From positions 17,619-81,618 of the forward strand of contig DAOUAP010000035.1 in the NCBI GenBank assembly GCA_034433165.1: a stretch of DNA of 64,000 nt, in the 5' to 3' direction. The stretch comes from Anaerolineales bacterium (GTDB lineage: Bacteria; Chloroflexota; Anaerolineae; Anaerolineales; Villigracilaceae). The notes beneath the pieces were generated by a model, which did no database searches, was not told the DNA's origin, and was given only the letters and a program-made list of their open reading frames with translations. Below are positions 57,325-64,000 of the stretch, in pieces (position 1 is the first letter of the stretch; every line of letters starts with the position of its first letter). Made by a program: the position numbers and the translations under genes.

Positions 57325-58419
57325 TCAGCGAGCCGGGTTTACATCGATGATGTTGCCCAGCCAGCTTACGGACAATTCCCACCGGCTGCCGGGGGTAAAC
57401 CGCTGGAAGTCGCTGATATCGCCTGGGGTGTAGGTGCGGGGACCATCGTTTGTGGTGAATGTGACCTGCATGGTGATGGATGGATTGCCTTCGCGTTGTC
57501 CGTTGCCCAACGACGGGCGCGGGTAAACCGGGGAGGTGTCGTAGCCTTCCAGTTTATCTTCCCGAATGGTGCGCCACTCGCGGATATCGTAAGAACAATA
57601 GGTATCGGTTTCGGTGCGGCAGTCTTCCACCACTTCGGCGTAGCCATTGCCCAGGTCTACGGTGCGCTCGGTGCATACTTCCTGACTCTCGGTGCGGCAA
57701 TCCACGTTGTATGCGTCTGAGGGCGGGCTGCCGCGCTGGTTGGTATAGCTGACTTCGCGCTCTTCCTGCACCGGCACGCTGGTTTGCCAGTACGCGCGCT
57801 CGACGCTGGCTGTAACTGTATCGCGCGGCATGTTGGCCAGCGCAAAAAATACACCGCAGCAGCAACACAGCAGGAAGACGATGAGCGCGGCAATGAGGAT
57901 GTTGCGCCTGGAGAGGGGTTTCGCAGGTGGAGGGGGTTGGGCCCCGGCTTGTGGCGCAGCGACCGCAGCTGCCTGGGGTGCGGGTGGCGGTGCTGGTGGC
58001 GCGGCTTGCGCTCGTTGCAAGGGCGCGCCGCACTTGGCGCAGCGCACCCCCGCCGCCGGGTTGGTTTGCCCGCAGTTGTTGCAGGCGATCTCAGGTTGTG
58101 GCGTGGTGGCAGCTTCCAGCACGCGCCCAGACTGGCGGCGTAACCCCTCGGCCAGGTTGCCCCCACATTGCGAGCAGGTTTGGGCGCCGGACGGGTTACG
58201 CGCGCCACAGTAAGCGCAGTGGATGTCGGCCCCGGCTGCAGCGCGTTTGGTTTCGGTCTCGTCGGTGATAAAGTCGCTGCTGGCCCCGCGCTCAAATTGC
58301 ACGTTCTCTGGCTGCGGCGCGCCGCAACTGGTGCAGGTTTTTTGCGGGCCGGGGTTGCGTGTGCCGCAGTTTGGGCACGTCCACTCGAGGCGAATAAATC
58401 CTTTACTGCGCTGGCTCAT
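57325..58419 (-). CDS. membrane protein with three N-terminal zinc ribbons and a Cys-containing extracytoplasmic domain
   Basis: CPNCG..CTSCG, CAYCG..CSQCG, CNNCG..CAKCG. Ala/Pro linker, TM ILIAALIVFLLCCCCGVFFALA, and an outer domain with a duplicated DCRTE-x4-C. Confidence 0.7.
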   Translation of the reverse strand: MSQRSKGFIRLEWTCPNCGTRNPGPQKTCTSCGAPQPENVQFERGASSDFITDETETKRAAAGADIHCAYCGARNPSGAQTCSQCGGNLAEGLRRQSGRVLEAATTPQPEIACNNCGQTNPAAGVRCAKCGAPLQRAQAAPPAPPPAPQAAAVAAPQAGAQPPPPAKPLSRRNILIAALIVFLLCCCCGVFFALANMPRDTVTASVERAYWQTSVPVQEEREVSYTNQRGSPPSDAYNVDCRTESQEVCTERTVDLGNGYAEVVEDCRTETDTYCSYDIREWRTIREDKLEGYDTSPVYPRPSLGNGQREGNPSITMQVTFTTNDGPRTYTPGDISDFQRFTPGSRWELSVSWLGNIIDVNPAR

Positions 58420-58512
58420 GGCTGCTCCGTAGTGAATTAACCGTTTGGGCGTCGAAAGGCGCGCATGGTGCGGGTTTGTGGGCGCCTGTCTGATGCTGGG
58501 GGGAAATCTGCG

Positions 58513-59508
58513 CTAGAGGTTGTGATAGGCCCGCACGGCTTCGAGCCGCGCGCTTATGTCTGGCTCGCGGTACGGTGAAAGCGTTTCGGTATCCACACCG
58601 CCTGCTTCGCCAGTCAGGGCGGCCAAGACTGCATCCACGCCGCGCGCCAGGCTGCGCGGGTCGTAACCACCCTCCAGCACAAAGACGATCTTGCCGCGAC
58701 ACAACTCCCCGGCCAATTCCACCAGGCGGCGCGCCATGGCGTAGAACCCGGCCGAGGTCACCCCCAGCGAGGTGAGCGGGTCGCGCCAGTGGGCGTCGAA
58801 CCCGGCTGAAACCAGCATGAGTTGCGGGCGCCAGTGGCGTGCCATGGGGGTGATGATCGCGCGGGTGAGGGCCGCGAAGGCATAATCGCCGCTGTGCTCG
58901 GGCAGCGGCACGTTGACAATGCGCTGGCGGGCATGCGGGGCGTCTTCGATGGTGCCGCTGCCGGGGTAGATGTATTCCTGATGGCAGGAGAAGAACGCCG
59001 CGCGGGGGTTATCCCAGGCGTAGGCTTGTGTGCCGTTGCCGTGGTGCGCATCAAAATCCACGATCAGCACCCGTTCCAGCCCGCTTTGCAGCGCATCCTG
59101 CGCAGCGATGGCCACGTTGTTGAATAGGCAAAAACCCATGGCGCGGTCAGGTTCGGCATGGTGGCCGGGCGGACGGACAATGGCGAAGGCGTTGTGGGCC
59201 GCGCCGCCGGTCACGGCGCGTGTAACAGACAGGGCTGCCCCGGCCGCATGGAGCGCATCGCGGTACGAGGTTTGCGTGACGTACGTGGGGGCGTAATCGA
59301 TGATGCCGGGTTCGCGGCAGGCCAGGCGCACATGCTCGATCATGTCGCGGGTGTGCACCCGTCCCACTTCATCTGGTGTGGCAGGCGGCGGGTCAATCCA
59401 GTCCACGCCGCGCGCGCGGGTGTACACTTCGGCCAATCGGGAGGGGGCTTCGGGATGTCCGCGGTGGGCATGTTCACTGGCAGGAAGAAATGCGGCCAAA
59501 GTGGTCAT
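58513..59508 (-). CDS. histone deacetylase-family (class II HDAC / acetylpolyamine amidohydrolase-like) enzyme
   Basis: VRPPGHHA, DFDAHHGNGTQ, LEGGYD. Confidence 0.9.
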   Translation of the reverse strand: MTTLAAFLPASEHAHRGHPEAPSRLAEVYTRARGVDWIDPPPATPDEVGRVHTRDMIEHVRLACREPGIIDYAPTYVTQTSYRDALHAAGAALSVTRAVTGGAAHNAFAIVRPPGHHAEPDRAMGFCLFNNVAIAAQDALQSGLERVLIVDFDAHHGNGTQAYAWDNPRAAFFSCHQEYIYPGSGTIEDAPHARQRIVNVPLPEHSGDYAFAALTRAIITPMARHWRPQLMLVSAGFDAHWRDPLTSLGVTSAGFYAMARRLVELAGELCRGKIVFVLEGGYDPRSLARGVDAVLAALTGEAGGVDTETLSPYREPDISARLEAVRAYHNL

Positions 59509-59564
59509 ATTTTTATTTTACCCCTTGCTGCGCATCCGTCAAATGACAGAATGCGATTAACGGA

Positions 59565-59595
59565 CAACCCGGTATGTCTTGGACATACCGGGTTG
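59565..59595. other. 14-bp perfect hairpin with 3-nt loop in the HDAC upstream region
   Basis: CAACCCGGTATGTC-ttg-GACATACCGGGTTG. Confidence 0.5.
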
Positions 59596-59779
59596 CCTTG
59601 AGGGGGGAGGGACACCACCGGGGGTCGGCATGGGGGGGGCATGTCAACGCACTTACGGTGGACGACACCTGTTTTACCAATAAAGTGGGAGGGCAGGTAT
59701 CTTATTGATAATATACATCTTTTTTATCCAAATTACAATTAATAATTTATTAGAGTTTTTTCTATAAATTCGCCAGGGG

Positions 59780-60247
59780 CTATTGCCTGCCGAACAAACG
59801 CAGCCACTCATCCAGCTCGTCGTCGCTCATATCGCCCGGCGATTGGGAATTTCCTGCGGCGCCCTGCAATGTGTCGCTGACCAGGCGGGCAAAATCTTCG
59901 CTGGATATCACCTGCGCCTGCGCGGCCCGCCCTTCAGATTGCACCTGCCGGTCTGAAGTGACCAGCACCCAGTTCCGGGCGGCTTTGCCAAGCTGCTTAA
60001 GCCGCTGGCGCAGGGCTGCATCGGCAGTGTGTCCCTGGCGCACGAAGTGGGCTGTCACCGCCCCGGACTTGCGCATGCCAGCGAAGCCGGGCGGCGCACC
60101 ATCGAAGTACACCGTTACGCTTTTTTGCGACAGGCGGCAGAATGCCTGCAAACGGCTGATCAGGGCCTGCTCGTCATCGGGGTCGTTCAGGCACAGTCCC
60201 AGTTTGGGAATGAGGTTGTGGCCGTCCACCAGGTAAGGCATGGCCAA
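59780..60247 (-). CDS. YacP/Rae1-like NYN-domain ribonuclease
   Basis: YLVDGHNLI, VTVYFDG, LVTSDRQVQ. Confidence 0.75.
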   Translation of the reverse strand: MAMPYLVDGHNLIPKLGLCLNDPDDEQALISRLQAFCRLSQKSVTVYFDGAPPGFAGMRKSGAVTAHFVRQGHTADAALRQRLKQLGKAARNWVLVTSDRQVQSEGRAAQAQVISSEDFARLVSDTLQGAAGNSQSPGDMSDDELDEWLRLFGRQ

Positions 60248-60328
60248 ATTTTACCCGTTAAACACGCTTTCCTCTTTCTTCTTTGCCGGAAGCAAGGTGA
60301 AAGAGGAAAGCAGGCGCAGGTACAAGGT

Positions 60329-60757
60329 TTACGCTGGGGTCGCTTCCTTGGTAGTGACCGCAAAAGTGGGCGGGTTCTCGAAGTGCTTTTTCACTGCGCA
60401 CAATTCCGCCGAGCGGATGAGTGACGGGCGGTATTTTTCAGGGAAGCTGGGCGGCACCTGGATCTCCAGGTCGATTTGCTGTACCATGCCGCTAAACGGG
60501 TTGGTGTGCATACGCTGTACAATGCGGATGCCCTCGGTGGGCAGGCCGCGCTGCTGGCAAAAACCGAGCACGTAGATGCCAGCGCAGGTGCCGACTGAGG
60601 CCAGGAAGGTGGCAAAAGGTGTTGGCGCGCTGGCCGCGGGCGGTTGGTCGGTATGCACGGTGAAGGGTCCAAAGTGCGCATCCACGCGTGCGCCGCCAGG
60701 GAAGTCGATGATCATTTCCATACGGGTAAACTCCAGGGGTGGTATAGGTGTGTTCAA
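60329..60757 (-). CDS. OsmC-family protein
   Basis: About 130-142 aa with two conserved Cys contexts (SVGTCAG and AELCAVKK). An alternative start at ATG 60721 has GGAG 9 nt upstream. Confidence 0.7.
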   Translation of the reverse strand: MNTPIPPLEFTRMEMIIDFPGGARVDAHFGPFTVHTDQPPAASAPTPFATFLASVGTCAGIYVLGFCQQRGLPTEGIRIVQRMHTNPFSGMVQQIDLEIQVPPSFPEKYRPSLIRSAELCAVKKHFENPPTFAVTTKEATPA

Positions 60758-60867
60758 TGCATTGGATGCAGGCTGTGCGGGAAAGTTGCAGTGCGGTTAT
60801 CGAGCGCACATCGAATTGCTTGCGTATTCCGCAAACAGCCACACCGGGTTGAACCATTGGGCCTTGT

Positions 60868-60896
60868 TTGTCGCCCTTTTTGTTTCACGGTATAAT
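60868..60896 (+). promoter_or_regulatory. sigma70-like promoter of glyQS
   Basis: TTGTCG (60868-60873), a 17-nt spacer, and TATAAT (60891-60896), 48 nt upstream of the ATG. Confidence 0.4.
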
Positions 60897-60943
60897 CCTT
60901 TCGCCCCCTCACCCTGATCTCTAATCCCTATCCCCCGATCCCC

Positions 60944-63967
<3,024 letters not shown>

Positions 63968-64000
63968 TGGCACCCCGCTGCCCCCAAAGTGGCGTTTCCT

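Noticed and set aside
59602-59639. G-quadruplex as a confirmed functional element.
   Set aside because: Four G-runs exist, but one loop is 8 nt, and G-runs are frequent in high-GC genomes. I keep it only as part of the composite-region observation, not as a feature.
60758-60943. T-box or other riboswitch leader upstream of glyQS.
   Set aside because: The leader from the putative promoter is only about 45 nt. No T-box consensus (AAnnnGGGTGGtACCgCG-like) and no specifier or terminator helices are visible.

Overview
High-GC, densely coding bacterial chromosomal window. I can support about 54 CDS, one tRNA (Leu-CAG), several intrinsic terminators and a few promoter-like sites. I saw no rRNA, no CRISPR array and no intact mobile element. 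Protein style (Pro/Thr-rich linkers, fused GlyQS, Flp pilin, Na+-decarboxylase fermentation genes) is reminiscent of Chloroflexota/Anaerolineae-like organisms, but taxonomy cannot be verified here. Housekeeping genes: gyrB, polA, plsY, miaB, nth, thrC-like, fused glyQS and a phosphohexomutase. Metabolism: an acyl-CoA dehydrogenase-etfBA operon and a four-gene Na+-translocating methylmalonyl-CoA-decarboxylase-type cluster. Signalling: two GAF histidine kinases, one of them PDZ/multi-TM and followed by a FIST protein. Accessory region: a visibly lower-GC polysaccharide locus (about 33.5-45.2 kb, minus strand). It encodes a Wzz/BY-kinase-like protein, an amino-sugar pathway, a domain-permuted phosphoglycosyl transferase, three FemAB-like acyl/aminoacyl-transferase homologues (two are tandem paralogues), a GT4 and a GNAT. 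Most unusual items: (1) 18061-19656, a receiver + Roadblock-like + Pro-rich + IS200-type Y1 transposase domain fusion in which both HUH histidines and the nucleophile Tyr are substituted, sitting directly upstream of polA; (2) 5-3311, a coupled trio of a GlmL-like actin-fold ATPase, a multi-barrel protein and a surface protein ending in a VPDTG-TM-RRLR sorting-signal-like tail; (3) the FemAB-like triplet and its long structured leader with a 6-codon mini-ORF plus terminator. All family assignments come from motifs read by eye and recalled family signatures. No database search was possible.
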